From assembly GCF_026210795.1 (NCBI RefSeq), contig NC_089432.1:5332001-5396000 (forward strand): DNA of 64,000 nucleotides, in the 5' to 3' direction. The translations under genes were made by a program, and so were the position numbers. Under the pieces are notes generated by a model. That model made no database searches. It was given only the letters and a program-made list of their open reading frames with translations, and was not told the DNA's origin. Origin of the DNA: Rhizophagus irregularis (Eukaryota). Below are positions 51,841-64,000 of this stretch, in pieces (the stretch's first letter is position 1; each line of letters opens with the position of its first letter).

Positions 51841-54059
51841 TTTGTTAATAGTTTAATAAAAAAAACGAAAATTTTGAATCTAAAACTCAAAAGGTTAAAA
51901 AAGTATACGTATTTTATATTGTTTTTTTTTTGTGTCACAAATTAATACGCCAGATATGTTAATTACGCACTTACCATCAAATGATCTAATCATTTTGTTT
52001 AAGCTCATTTTCTATTTTAAAAAACTGATAAAAAAAGTCTATAGATATAATAGTAGCTAGTCAACTAGCCAAACTTGGTCAATAATGATAAAGAAATTCT
52101 TCTTTTTTTTTTTTTGAGATCACGTTACCAAATCGAATAATCGAATAATCGTAATTGGTAAGTCATATTTTATAAATATAACACGTGATATTAACAGCCT
52201 CTCCCGAAATTTCTGGAACAAATATAACACCCTTCTTCGTCGGACGTTTATTTACCTATTACGACTTTACAAACCTTGCATAACTTTTCCTTTGACACTC
52301 TCTATACACCGACTGCGGCCATACGTAAAGTGTAACACTGTAAAATACTAAAAAATCAAGATACTACCATTACTACCTGTTCAACACCAATCATTTTACA
52401 GACGACATATGATCACCTTCATACATTTATATCCACAACCCAACCCTCGATTTCCTTTTAGGGATTTACATCACTAACGTTTTTTCCCTTAATGGACAAA
52501 TACTTTTGTCGTTTACGCCAACTTCTGCAAGAAAAATTGTACGCCCTCAGAAATAGGATTAATTCGCCAAAAAAAAAACCGAAACTTTCATATGATATCT
52601 ATTTAGGATTTTATTTATGAATGATCCTTGTGATCTACCGCAGCTTAATTAACCGATGGCGTTACAATGAACATGATTTAATTTCACCTCACAAAACACG
52701 TCAAATACCAAATAACCCTCGATTTTAGAGACCAGCTTAGAAGACTCTGTAATAAAGGCAGAAAAGGAAAAGTGAAAGAAATTCACACGGTATTAATTAC
52801 ACTATCAGGATTAAAAAATTTCAATCTCCGACCTTTAATTAAATACAAGAGCATCTTGACAAACATATGAAAATCCAACCGAATATCGTCGATTATGCTA
52901 TAAGGAATATTTCACGCTACGTTTCAGATCTAAACAACAGCAAGAACGATGGAATCGTTTAACGCGCCTTGTTTTAAAACAAGAATCTTTCTATGAGTTA
53001 AACCTGTTTCTTTTAGATGCAATAAGAATCTTCCTCCGTTCCTGATACTACTATAGAGATTGTCATAATATTAACCTTTTGATCCTGAAGTCCGAAAATG
53101 CTTTAAAGTTTATTCTTCTCAAAATATACTTAATTTTAGAGATCGATCGAAATTCGAAATGGTACTAATATATCACCGACCCGAAGACGGCCGTGACATC
53201 TACTATCATTGATGATGTTACAGCTAAAACTTCTGAAGGCACAACATTTATCATTTCAGACATCGGCAAACGTTATTAGCACAACCCGATTTATTCTTAC
53301 GACGAACCCCTCCTCCTGATGACAATTTCTGATCATCGCGCGCGGAAACGGTTTCCCCAAATCATGAAGATTAAGATTTGGAAATCATGAACAAAAACAA
53401 TATCGGACCTTTTTGAATATACCATTCTATACCTGACAGTATTTACGTACAGCATCGCTTGATGAAAGAAAAACATGGGCGACTTTATAAATTAGATTTT
53501 ATTATAATCATTTATTTTGTTCGTTGTTCTGGTGATATCTACATATGTAGTATAGATGTCATTGGTAATTAATTCAGTTAATTCAGTTAAATATGATCTT
53601 GTATACTATAATTCAATTAATCTTAGTATACTAGATTGTTGGTAGCACAGCAAATCACGTATCGTTAGTCTTTTTTTTTAAAGCTCTTTGAAAGTGAAAA
53701 TTTTTTAGGACGTTATCTGTTACTATTTTTCGATAATTTTACCGTATGTTTAAACTTAGAATAAAAATTTTTACCTGGGAGACTGGATAATTGAATACGT
53801 GTCTTTAATTATTGTCACGATAAAATGAACGATAGATAATATGTGCGCAAAGGATCAAAATAAACTTTAGATATTATTTTAGCATTTACTACTAACGTTA
53901 CAACGAGATATTTGTTTGATATACAGTACATTATTATTATTTTTTTTTTTAAAAAAAAAAATTTATTATTGAATTTAAGCAATCCCCACATGATGTGACG
54001 AGTAATTCTCACGCAAAGTATACAGATTTAATTAAAAGACCTTTTTCATTATAAAGAAT

Positions 54060-55496
54060 TTATTTATCATTCCATATAATACCCGTAGAATTATCATCAT
54101 CCCAAAAACCTCTACAATCAATATGTCCAACTACTCCTTTCATATTGTATTTATTAATTAATGAATTCCAATTACTTGTATGATCATATAGATGTAAAGT
54201 TTTTTTATCTTTCCAATTATTAAAAAATTTTTTCAAGGATTTTATAGAAAAATATCTATAATCAATATGAATTTTGTATAAATTATTTGGTGCCGATTTT
54301 AACAATAAATCTAAAAATTTACAACTTTTTAATTTGTCATCACCTTTTATTACAATTACATCTATTGCTTCCAAGTGTTGACATTTAGTTAAAAAAATTT
54401 CCAATTCATCCAAGTTCTGATTATTTAAATATATTGAAGCATATTTTATATATGGACAATTTTTATAAATTGCCTGAATATATTCTCTAGAATGAGTGAT
54501 TTTGATGGTTCTAATTTTAATTTTCCAAAGATTTCCTCCTGTATTTTGAATAATCTTTATTGCTATATGAATTGATATATATTCAAGTTCAAGTATTTGA
54601 AGTTTAGGATATGTCGCAACTGATAAATTCTTCATCATTATTTCATTTTCTACATACATTCTTTCAGATAATATTAAAGTTTGTAAATTTACAAACTTTG
54701 GGAATAAAATATATGAAAAAGTTTTTTGTATTGATAAATTTAGATAAATTATTGAATCTGCATGTTCTTCTAAAGCCTTAACAATATCATCTTTTTCACG
54801 TTCTTCATTTGTAATCTCTTCTACCTTTATATATTTAATTCGTTTTTGCGATTTAATTAGTTGAGCAAGTCCAATGTTGTCATATTTAAATTCTATATAA
54901 ATCTTTTCTATTAATTTACATATATGTGCCATTCCATAAAATAATGATGTTTCTAAACATGATTTACAATCAACTTCATTTAGATTTAATAAACAAATTT
55001 CCGCTCCAGGAAATAGATATATTGCATGTCTTACTTCCCCTAAATCCAAGTATCTTATATTTGAACATTCACTAACAAAAAGTTTATAAATTTCTTGTTC
55101 TAATAAAACTATTTGAAAGACACTTAAAAAACCTCCATAAATATCTTGATTTAATAAAAAATTATGAACACAAATATGTTTACAAAATCTAACATAATTA
55201 AATGAAAGTTTTTTATTAAGTTCCTCCTTTGAAATGATACTGATATTATGAAAGATTAAAAGTTGTTTTGATTTTTCTGATAAATGTGTTAGAATTATAT
55301 TTAATAAAATTCTTTTTCTTTTACTAATTAAATAATCATTATTGATTTCAAAATATTTTAATGGACATTTCCATAAAGTTGGGATGACGAGTTCACACCA
55401 TTGTTTATTAACCAATAAACAAGAAAGTAAAGAACTTCCATCATTATTTAATTTCTGAAAAATATAATGAAGTATATCGTTATATAACTTTGCCAT
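54060..55496 (-). CDS. F-box / RNI-like leucine-rich repeat protein (478 aa, single exon)
   Basis: The N-terminus LYNDILHYIF...LLSCLLVNKQWCELVIPTLWKCP is F-box-like, followed by LxxLxL-type repeats (NLQTLIL, KLQILEL, NIRYLDL). Confidence 0.8.
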   Translation of the reverse strand: MAKLYNDILHYIFQKLNNDGSSLLSCLLVNKQWCELVIPTLWKCPLKYFEINNDYLISKRKRILLNIILTHLSEKSKQLLIFHNISIISKEELNKKLSFNYVRFCKHICVHNFLLNQDIYGGFLSVFQIVLLEQEIYKLFVSECSNIRYLDLGEVRHAIYLFPGAEICLLNLNEVDCKSCLETSLFYGMAHICKLIEKIYIEFKYDNIGLAQLIKSQKRIKYIKVEEITNEEREKDDIVKALEEHADSIIYLNLSIQKTFSYILFPKFVNLQTLILSERMYVENEIMMKNLSVATYPKLQILELEYISIHIAIKIIQNTGGNLWKIKIRTIKITHSREYIQAIYKNCPYIKYASIYLNNQNLDELEIFLTKCQHLEAIDVIVIKGDDKLKSCKFLDLLLKSAPNNLYKIHIDYRYFSIKSLKKFFNNWKDKKTLHLYDHTSNWNSLINKYNMKGVVGHIDCRGFWDDDNSTGIIWNDK

Positions 55497-56001
55497 TTTT
55501 TTTTTTATTTTGTATTTTTATTTTAAGGAAGGAGAATGATATTGATATACAAGTTAGGAATTTAAAGCGCGTATTTATTTATGTTGATGTCGAGCGAGTC
55601 GCGTGATTCGTGTCAGATGACAATGTGACAATTGATTAGTCATCCAGACGCGTGATTGTACAAGCCACTTAACTACTTAAGCCATAAATTAAGCTATTAC
55701 CAAAATCTTCAAAAACTCGGATATGTAAAATTACATTATTTACATTATTACGTTATTCGTTTTATCTATTCGAACGCTCTAAACAATAACCTCTAACATT
55801 ATTACATTTTTTATTCTCGCGTATTATTTTATGAAAATATAAAACAAAGAATTTTGCTTTCAAACTTTTTATGTAATACTTAATTTTTCTGCAATATCAA
55901 TCATGAAAAAATATCACATGCAAATAGAAAAAAATGTTACTATAAAATAACATGCAAATTTCTTTGAATTTGAAAGATCTTCCTTATCTTCCTGCTTAAA
56001 G

Positions 56002-56200
56002 CCCTATAAAAAATTTTTATCCGAATATTTCCATTATTTCTCCGTGTCTTCCGTAAAAATTCCGTGAAAATGATACATTCACGGATATCTGTGTTAGCGA
56101 GATGAAAATTTCCATGATTTAGGGCTATAAATTCCATGAAAATGACACATTCACGGAAAAAACATGGAAAGATAAAACACGGATGAGATTTTTTACAGGG
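56002..56200. mobile_element. 199-bp MITE with CCC...GGG TIRs and a 3-bp TSD (AAG)
   Basis: aag|ccctataaaaaatttttatccg ... cggatgagattttttacaggg|aag. The subterminal motif tgaaaatga[tc]acattcacgga is repeated internally. A possible decayed relative lies near 49655-49840. Confidence 0.7.
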
Positions 56201-56775
56201 AAGGTTCCCGTACTTATTTACCTATTGAAAGCAATCGCTATACTCCGTGCTTTTAATTTCATATTCACTTTATGACTTACGAATAAATCACTTTTAAGTT
56301 ATAAAGCCACGTTTTTGTACATATAATACGCAAGGATAAAGATAAAGCCGAATGATATGTAGATTTTCTCTCACCGTCTCGCCGTAATATTATGTCCAAT
56401 CTTAAACAAAGCATTGCTTATTAATTTTTATTAATTTTTTTTTTGTAAAAAATAAATTTTATTGAATACTCGAATATAAACTTTAGCTACTACCATCGAA
56501 ATATTAATTTTTTTTCTTATTATAATAGAACAACATTAAAAAATTTGAATAATTTAAATAGTATACTAATTCATACGGTATTTATACATTTAATAATTTG
56601 AATAAATTTATTAAAATTATTTAAATTACAAACTAAGAATTTTTGTAAAACATTTACTACTCTAATCTTAGTGTTTAAATAATCCATGATAAATAAATAA
56701 ATAAATAAATAAACGATAATAATTTAAAATATAAAAAAAAATATTGTTTTAAAATTTGATTCATCAAAAGACAAT

Positions 56776-59051
56776 TTAAAATCCATCTAAAGATAAAAAA
56801 TAGATTAATTATTTGCTTTATAAGGAAATTTATATTTTTCTACTTTATTTTAAGAGCTTACCATCAGGAATTTCCAGTTCATCTTGTTCTTCTGAATGAA
56901 AGTTTGGATTATTATATACTTCATCATCATCTGTAAGGGATAAATAAATAGAATTAAAACAGTATTAAAATCGTTCGTTATTACATAAAATTTTCACCTA
57001 CCATCGACATATTTTTGAGTTTTCTCTTTTTCGTCATCTAAATTTTAAATAAAAGTCGCGTTTAATAAATTAAATTGATATAGTGACTTTATTTGTTAGT
57101 GATTTACTTACTATTTGAATTTATTTGCAACTTTTTAAATAATTTAGATAATTTTTTACTACTATCTAAAAATTAAGATATTAGAATTAATATTTAAATC
57201 GATCTCGATTTGACAATAATTAAAATATATTACCTCTAAAAATAGTAATTACTTTTGATGATTTGCTACTATTCTGCTCATTTGATTTATTAAAGTCGTC
57301 AACTAAAAAAAATTAATTATTAAGCATCATTATATGATATTTCAACGCTATAATGTTATTAAATACTTACTATTGTTAGGAATGTTAAAATCATACAATT
57401 TACTATGAAACCCTATTATTGGATAAATTAAAGTATTTTAAAAACTAAATTATTATAGTAACCAAAAAATGGTAGAAATTATTATTTATATGATTATGCC
57501 TTCTTGTTCTTCTATTATAATAAAAAAGATAACATTAATATTGTAATTTAAAATAAATACACTTCATTAATAAAATATTATACACTTTTACCTTCTGTTG
57601 CATTTCTTGGTTCAGGTAGATTTCCAAAGTTGTGAATTTTACTTGTAAATAATCTGCTACTCGTATAATTTTCTTCTACTTTATTCATTTCTAAATTATC
57701 CATTTCTGATTTGAATAATTCATCTGACATATTTTGATAATATAAATTAATTCTTTTTATCCTTTTCCTAATTTCATAAATATTAGGTCTTTTTAATGGA
57801 TCAGCATCCCAACATTCTTTCATTAAATTTTTATATTCTAATGGAGTTCCTGGCACAATTTTTGGCCTTATACCGTTAATAATATTCATTACAATATCAT
57901 TTTCATGTTCATAATTTATAAATGGTGTTTGTCCAGATGAAATTTCCCACATAAGAATTGCAATACTATAAATATCAGATGCAAAAGTATATTCTCTTCC
58001 AACAATAACTTCGGGTGCTATGTAAGGAAGATTTCCATATATACTTGTTGAAGATTTATCTGCAGGTCCACAAAATCCAAGATCACTAACACACCAAGAA
58101 TTATTGAGTTGAGAATATAATATATTTCCGGAATGCAAATCTCTATGAATTGCTTTCTCTTTATAAATATAATAAAGTGCAAGAGTTATTTCATAAATAA
58201 TTTTCATTCTATCTTTCCATGTAAGTTGATTATGATTTTGTTGTAAATATTTTCTTAAATCCATATCCCTTTTCATCATTACAAGCATATAATTTCCATT
58301 TGATGGATTTTGCGTTAAACCATAACATCGAACAACATCCGGCCATTTATTACTTATAGTTAAATGTGATTTAGCCTAAAAGTCAATAATTTGTAAAAAT
58401 ACTAGTGCTAATACAAAAATTACAACAATTTTATAAAATATAGAATACAATAATACAAACCTCTTCAAACCAACTTTGATTTGCACTTTCAACATTTTCT
58501 AATTTTTTAAGTATTATTTTAATGGTTCCACCTCTTTCTAATTGTTTTTTTCCAAAATTCCATTCATCATATCTTCCATCAACCCAATCTGCTGTATAAA
58601 TTTCAGAAAATCCACCTTTTGTTAAATATTTAATATTTTCTAAATTACTATATGGGATCCATTCAACTACCATATTTGGCATGAGTGATTCCATTTGACA
58701 TTTCTGTATTAAATTATCAATAACATCATTTCCAGATGTCCAATTTGAAAAATCTTCTTTTAAATAATTTCGAACACAATATTCACAATATAATGTGGCT
58801 AAACATTCTTGCTTACAATTTTCACAAATTCTTTTTGTACCATCATCATACAAAATTTTATTTCGATCATAACCTTTAGTTAACCATCTTATTGCATAAG
58901 TTTTTTCATCATTTGTAAGAATTTTATCAGCAAGGGCTGTTTGTTTTTGAAATTCAAATTGTTTGTGTATATTATTGTAAATATTAGTATCTGTTAGCAT
59001 TGTTGCTCTATTAATTGTTGCATAAATTAATTCATATCGAAGGGTGGACAT
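56776..59051 (-). CDS. Tyrosine-kinase-like (TKL) protein kinase with a Cys-rich N-terminal region and a microexon-encoded tail
   Basis: Exons 59051-58461 and 58375-57592 give KGGFSEIY, IILKK, HRDLHSGNIL, DLG, APE and SDIYS. About seven small exons follow (57511-57500, 57412-57371 and others) ending NPNFHSEEQDELEIPDDGF* at 56776. Confidence 0.88.
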
Positions 59052-61898
59052 AATGTAATCAATAAGAAAGAAAGAATAAATGAATTATTTAAGTTCATTC
59101 ACTTGATAAATTAAGTAAAATGCAAATTGTTGATCAAAATTTCATGTTGTCCCATATAAATTTTGTGACCTTGAGGCGTAATATTTTACGCCTCATAACC
59201 AAAACAAGAAAAATATTACTACAATAATTTACGTTTTTCGTTTTTTATTTTTATTTATTTTTTTTTTTCAGATATAATTTGCGTTTAACAAATTTGTCAT
59301 ACTTAATGAATAGATAATAACCTTATTAATATTCAATAATTTAATAAACAAAAATCAATGATTGGACTATTAATTTGTAATATCTTACTTAAAAAAAATC
59401 AATATAAAAAATAAAATAACAGATATTAAGTAATTTATATTCCAAAAATTTACTTGGATTTTTATGTTGTATTATTTTCATTTCTATTATTAAATTAAAT
59501 TATGTTACAATATATTTAGTAATAAAAAAAAAATTCTTTTTATATAGTGTTTTAATTTTACTATAATCATAGGACTGAAGAATTAGGACCTAATTTTGTA
59601 ATAAATAAACTTACAATATAATTTTCCGGTAAGTCAAATTAAAAGTGATTTATTGTAGGATTTTTTAATATAAAATCTTTTTATTTAATAAAATTCATTT
59701 TTTAAAAATCTTTTTTTAATGAGAAATTTTTTTTATAAAATCTATGGAAATTTTTTAATAAAATCCATTTAAATTTTTGATATAGATTTTTGTTGAGAAA
59801 ACTAATGTGAGATTTTTTTTGAGAAATTTCTGCATCAAATAATTGATACATTCGGAAAATTTACAAAATTAATTTATTGTTGACAAAGTTGTTTAATTGA
59901 AAAATCTTAAAATATTAATAAAACAGAAATCGGCGGAATATGTATAGTTTATGAATCGTAAAAATGGAGTTGGAAATTTTTCACGTCCAAAATATTAGGA
60001 CGGAACAAAAGTGGAAGAGTTCAAAAAAGTATGTAGAGTTTACATTTTTAACGCATTTCGACATCACGAACTGTTTATTTATTCCTTTACGAACACGTAG
60101 ATATAAAATTTTCACATTAATGTATGAGCGTTGCCAAAAGTGTAAACCCAAAAAAGGGCCAAGGAGGGCTAGGTGTATGTCATAATGTCAGCGCTTAAGC
60201 CTTAAGAGGAAGAAGTAACCGAGGTTTAGGACTACAAAAAAGACGACTATTAGCTTTATTTTGAGGATTTTTTGCTCTTTGGTTTTTTTTCGGTCTTTTG
60301 GAATTTTCGTTGCCTTGTTTTTTTACAATTGCCGTAGTAAAATTCAGCACAGTCGTGATATTGTGGTACAATATTCGGCAAATAATTTGCCGGAACCTGA
60401 TGACAAATGACCGCAGCAATTATCACGAGAAAAATTTAGATTGTAGGCTTAACACTTGGGATTCTGTAGCTACGGTGGATCGTTATTCTTATGGTGGTCT
60501 GGATTTAATTTTCGAGAGAGTTAGGCTAACGTCCTTGGAAAAGGAGACTTTACATGATTTCGTGTAAAAGATGTTCAAAATAAGAATATAAAGTCTCTCT
60601 TTTAGTTTAATTAGAGGATTGTGAAGGTGGAAATTAAAATCAACATGACCTGTTCAAAATTTTTTGAAGTTAGATCCAGTAAAGAGGTATTGGATGCGTG
60701 GGCGAGAGAGGAATCTTCGCCCATTTTCGATTACGTTTACATAGCTGATTTAGATTTCGGAAAGTTTTCTACCCTCAGTTTTTTTTTGGATTCTTGTACG
60801 ACGTTTGGAACTGTTGTCTTGTACGCCCTGGTTATGAAGCGCCATCAAAAGTCTGGGGTTTAACCCAGATTTCCCTATATTCCATCCCGGATCTTCCTGT
60901 ATTTTATCCCATATTTTATCCCGGATCTGATCTAAATTTTATCCCGGATTAATTCCTTAAATTTCACCAAAAATTACATCACACCTAATTACCATACCCT
61001 GGATTAATATGAGTATATACAGTATAAAAGTTAGTTTGTTTGTGGAATTTTTACTTTGTATGTATACTTTATCATAAATTTTTTTATTACATACAAATAA
61101 CACATAATTCGAAGTTTGATCAACGGTTACACAGAAGACAATTACACAATATATTAAAATACGAGATTTATTTTTTTTTTTATAAAAAAAAATTCAAATA
61201 TAAATAATTAATAAAATGGAAATAGTTCTCTCAGATGTAAAAGAAATTATCGAAGCTTTAGAATTGGCTAATTTAGTAAAGAAAAAGTATTAGGATTATA
61301 ATGTAGGCAAGAAATCCTATAGCTATTTTATTACTGAAATTAAAAAAAAAATTAATTAGCCCGTTTATCGATTACAAATACTTATTATAACTATGTTAAT
61401 TTTTTTTATAGGTACTTAGTATTTTGCAGCTTCAATTTTTTTTCACTTAAGTTCTGCGAGAAAATTAAAAATTTAAAATTTAATAAAGAACATGAAAAAG
61501 CTTAAATATGATTGTGTTTATAATTTATTTATTTAAAGATGAATGCACATAAATAATGACATGCTAGTATAACAAATAAAAATATTTAAATTTTTATTTT
61601 CATATTTTAAAGAAATTGCATAGGACTTCAAGGGGTTGAAAAAGTGTATGGCGATGTATGTATTATTTTTTTTTCACTACAATTTTTCTATATTTAGCAA
61701 TCAAAGTAGTACGTACGATTTAAAATCTTATTTATTTTATGTGAAGAATGGCAGGATCATCAAAAGAACAAAACTAACTAATTAAAGAAAGAAGTTCAAC
61801 ATAAATCTGTCATCCAGGGGAAGGAGAAGCCTACCCGCGGACCCAAACTTCTTTTGTCCGATTTAAAATCATACGTACTAACAAAAAACGTAAACTAC

Positions 61899-63250
61899 TG
61901 CCAAACAATCACGTGATCTTAAGTTTTACGATTTTCCAGCATATTGGAAGGACAATGATATATATGAAACTTTAAAGAAAGTAGGATACGTAGAAAGACT
62001 AGAAGTCAAATTGAATTATAAATATAGAACCGTGCGGGCTAGGATTCGCTTGACAAAAGAAATGGAGGAAAAGTTTCTGAAAGGAGGATCCAATATAGCC
62101 ATAGCAAAAAATGATCGGTACTATTTTTTTAGGATGTTTGACGCCAAAATGGACGCTACAGCAATAAAGAAAAGATAAGAATGGCAAGCTTATAAAAAGT
62201 TAAATGAAGAAGAAAGTACAAAAATAGAACATGTGTTATTAAAACTTTTCAATTTAAAGTATGGTGGACATTTTTCAAAAGTAATCAAGGTAAACAAAGT
62301 AAAATATATTTTGATGTACTTTAACAATGAAAGTGATCTACTTAAGGCTATATATAAGTCGACCATGGACGATGAAATGGGTAAAGGACTTCAGATGAAA
62401 AGTCAAGACGAGTTAATGGACGTACAAGAAGAGATTTGGAGTGAACAGATTCAAGATGCCAACGCAAACAAATTCTAAGAATAAATTTGTTGACGCCCAA
62501 TCTGATCCTCTATCAACAATACAGAGGAACATGAGGAATTTGACAATTTAAATTCTAATTTTGCTGAAAGATTAGAGGAAGTAAATAAGAGATCAAGCTT
62601 GTCAGAGAAGAAAAAGAAAAGGAAAAGCGGTAGATAAAGGAGATAAAGAAGAAGAGGACAAGGACAATCTTAACAAAAATAAAAAGCGGTTAGTGACGAC
62701 GCAAAAACAAAGAGAAGATTCCGATAGCGAATAAACAAATTTGTCTTTAAAAATTTTAACAAAATTTAAGGATAATGCTTAGGACGACACTTGGATTTGA
62801 CTAAAAAATGACGTTTTTAAATGATTGAACTCTTTGGGCGCTTTTTGAGTATTTCCAGCAACAGTGTAGTTTTTTTGTTCATTTTTCTTAATGTAAAAAT
62901 TTTTTTTATTTTTTATTTTTTGTCAAGGTTTAGTTTTTGTTTTATTCTTAGATTTACGTTTAGTGATCAATAATAATAGTGCAAAGCCTCTAAAATTAGA
63001 AAATATTAAAAAAACCAAAAACATCATAAAATTAGATTAGTTAGTAGCGTAGTGAACAATAATTTTTAGATCAAGCACAATTTAGTTAGATTTAAAAAGA
63101 AAATTTCATTTTGTTCAATTCCTTTAGTTATAGAGGGTAAATTATTTATTAATTTGCTTTCTAAGTGTTTTAGAAATTTATGTAATTTGCTCTTTGTATA
63201 AATTACTTAAATCAATAAACGCGTTACTAATTGTAAAAAAAAAAAATAAA
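61899..63250 (+). mobile_element. ~1.35-kb retroposed insertion with poly(A) tail and 8-bp TSD, carrying a decayed RRM-like / retroelement-ORF1-like frame
   Basis: taaactac occurs at 61891-61898 and 63251-63258. AATAAA lies at about 63214 and an A-run at about 63235-63246. The frame RDLKFYDFPAYWKDNDIYETLKKVGYVERLEVKLNYKYRT...KKR*EWQAY continues into ORF 62233-62478. It interrupts the host repeat, whose empty copy is near 6050-6085. Confidence 0.72.
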
Positions 63251-63399
63251 TAAACTACATACTATTTTACAAAATCATACTATAACAAGATCAGATACAC
63301 CTATATTTTATCCCGGATTAATCCATATTTTATCCCGGATCTGATTTATATTATATACATTACGAAATCAATTATTGATTTTGGCCAGTCTATTTAAAG

Positions 63400-63585
63400 A
63401 TGGTGATTTGTTCTGCCGAAATTAATTCATAATTTCAGCTGAATTCATAATTCCGCCCGAAATTAATTAATAATTTTAGAAGAATCCGTAATTCCAGCCA
63501 AAAATCGAAATTCAATAATTCCTGCTGGAATTAAGTGCGTAATTCTGGCCGAATTTACATATTTAATTTCAGAATTTCGGAAACA
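63400..63585. repeat. Cluster of short ccgaaattaatt / aattctggcc motifs, probably a TE-derived subterminal array
   Basis: Recurrent imperfect units; similar motifs occur near 7185-7250, 33795-33840 and 40688-40725. Confidence 0.4.
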
Positions 63586-64000
63586 TCTCAAATAAAAATT
63601 TAAAGTTATAAGAGAAGTTTCTAAAATGGTCTTATAAACAAAAAAAAAATCTGATCACATGACTTAGAAACATGTGATATAATCCAAGGAATCAAATCCA
63701 GATCAAATCAAATTAAAATTTTAAAATCCTGACTCAATAAATAATAATAAATCGTTTTAATTTATCATTTTAATTCGTTCCTCATACATACCAGTAGAAT
63801 ATTTATTACATAAATATACAATTATTTAATTATTAATTGCATCGACTCAAGAAATAATACAAACAAATATTTGAATTCATTTGTCCGAGGCATAATAATT
63901 AAAAATTTTTGAAGTTAATAAACTACATCATAGATAAGATTTCTATCATAATTTGTAACAAATTTAAACATTATTTAATATTTTACATGGTGTTTAAGTA

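Noticed and set aside
52190..53480. C-rich stretch that looks like a decayed retroelement or gene
   Set aside because: It has many stops and I recognise no motif or termini, so I cannot support a call.
59960..60865. Cluster of short ORFs in higher-GC sequence
   Set aside because: Fragmentary, with no identifiable domain; probably a TE relic but unsupported.

Overview
AT-rich eukaryotic DNA with short GT-AG introns. The gene families present (TKL-type kinase with an HRDLHSGNIL loop, F-box/LRR gene, SAM-REase Crinkler-like gene, SP7/KEP-like secreted repeat protein) point to a Glomeromycotina arbuscular mycorrhizal fungus such as Rhizophagus; this is an inference. The main feature is a 14-exon gene at 8368-25916 that I spliced by hand into one open frame of 5492 aa. 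It is an RNF213/mysterin-like giant AAA+ ATPase and E3 ligase: about 1040 aa of acidic repeats, a CBM20-like domain, a dynein-like AAA core and a variant RZ finger, with no RING that I can see. The 3' end of a tandem paralogue lies at 1-2354. The rest of the window is accessory DNA: two paralogous secreted 8-Cys CFEM-like genes, a His/Asp/Tyr-rich Kex2-type peptide precursor with one repeat per exon (missed by the ORF track), a frameshifted SAM-nuclease gene, a repeat-protein gene, an F-box gene and a kinase with microexons. It also holds many MITEs, a ~310-bp foldback, and a poly(A)-tailed retro-insertion with a target-site duplication. All coordinates and alignments were read by eye; no searches were run.
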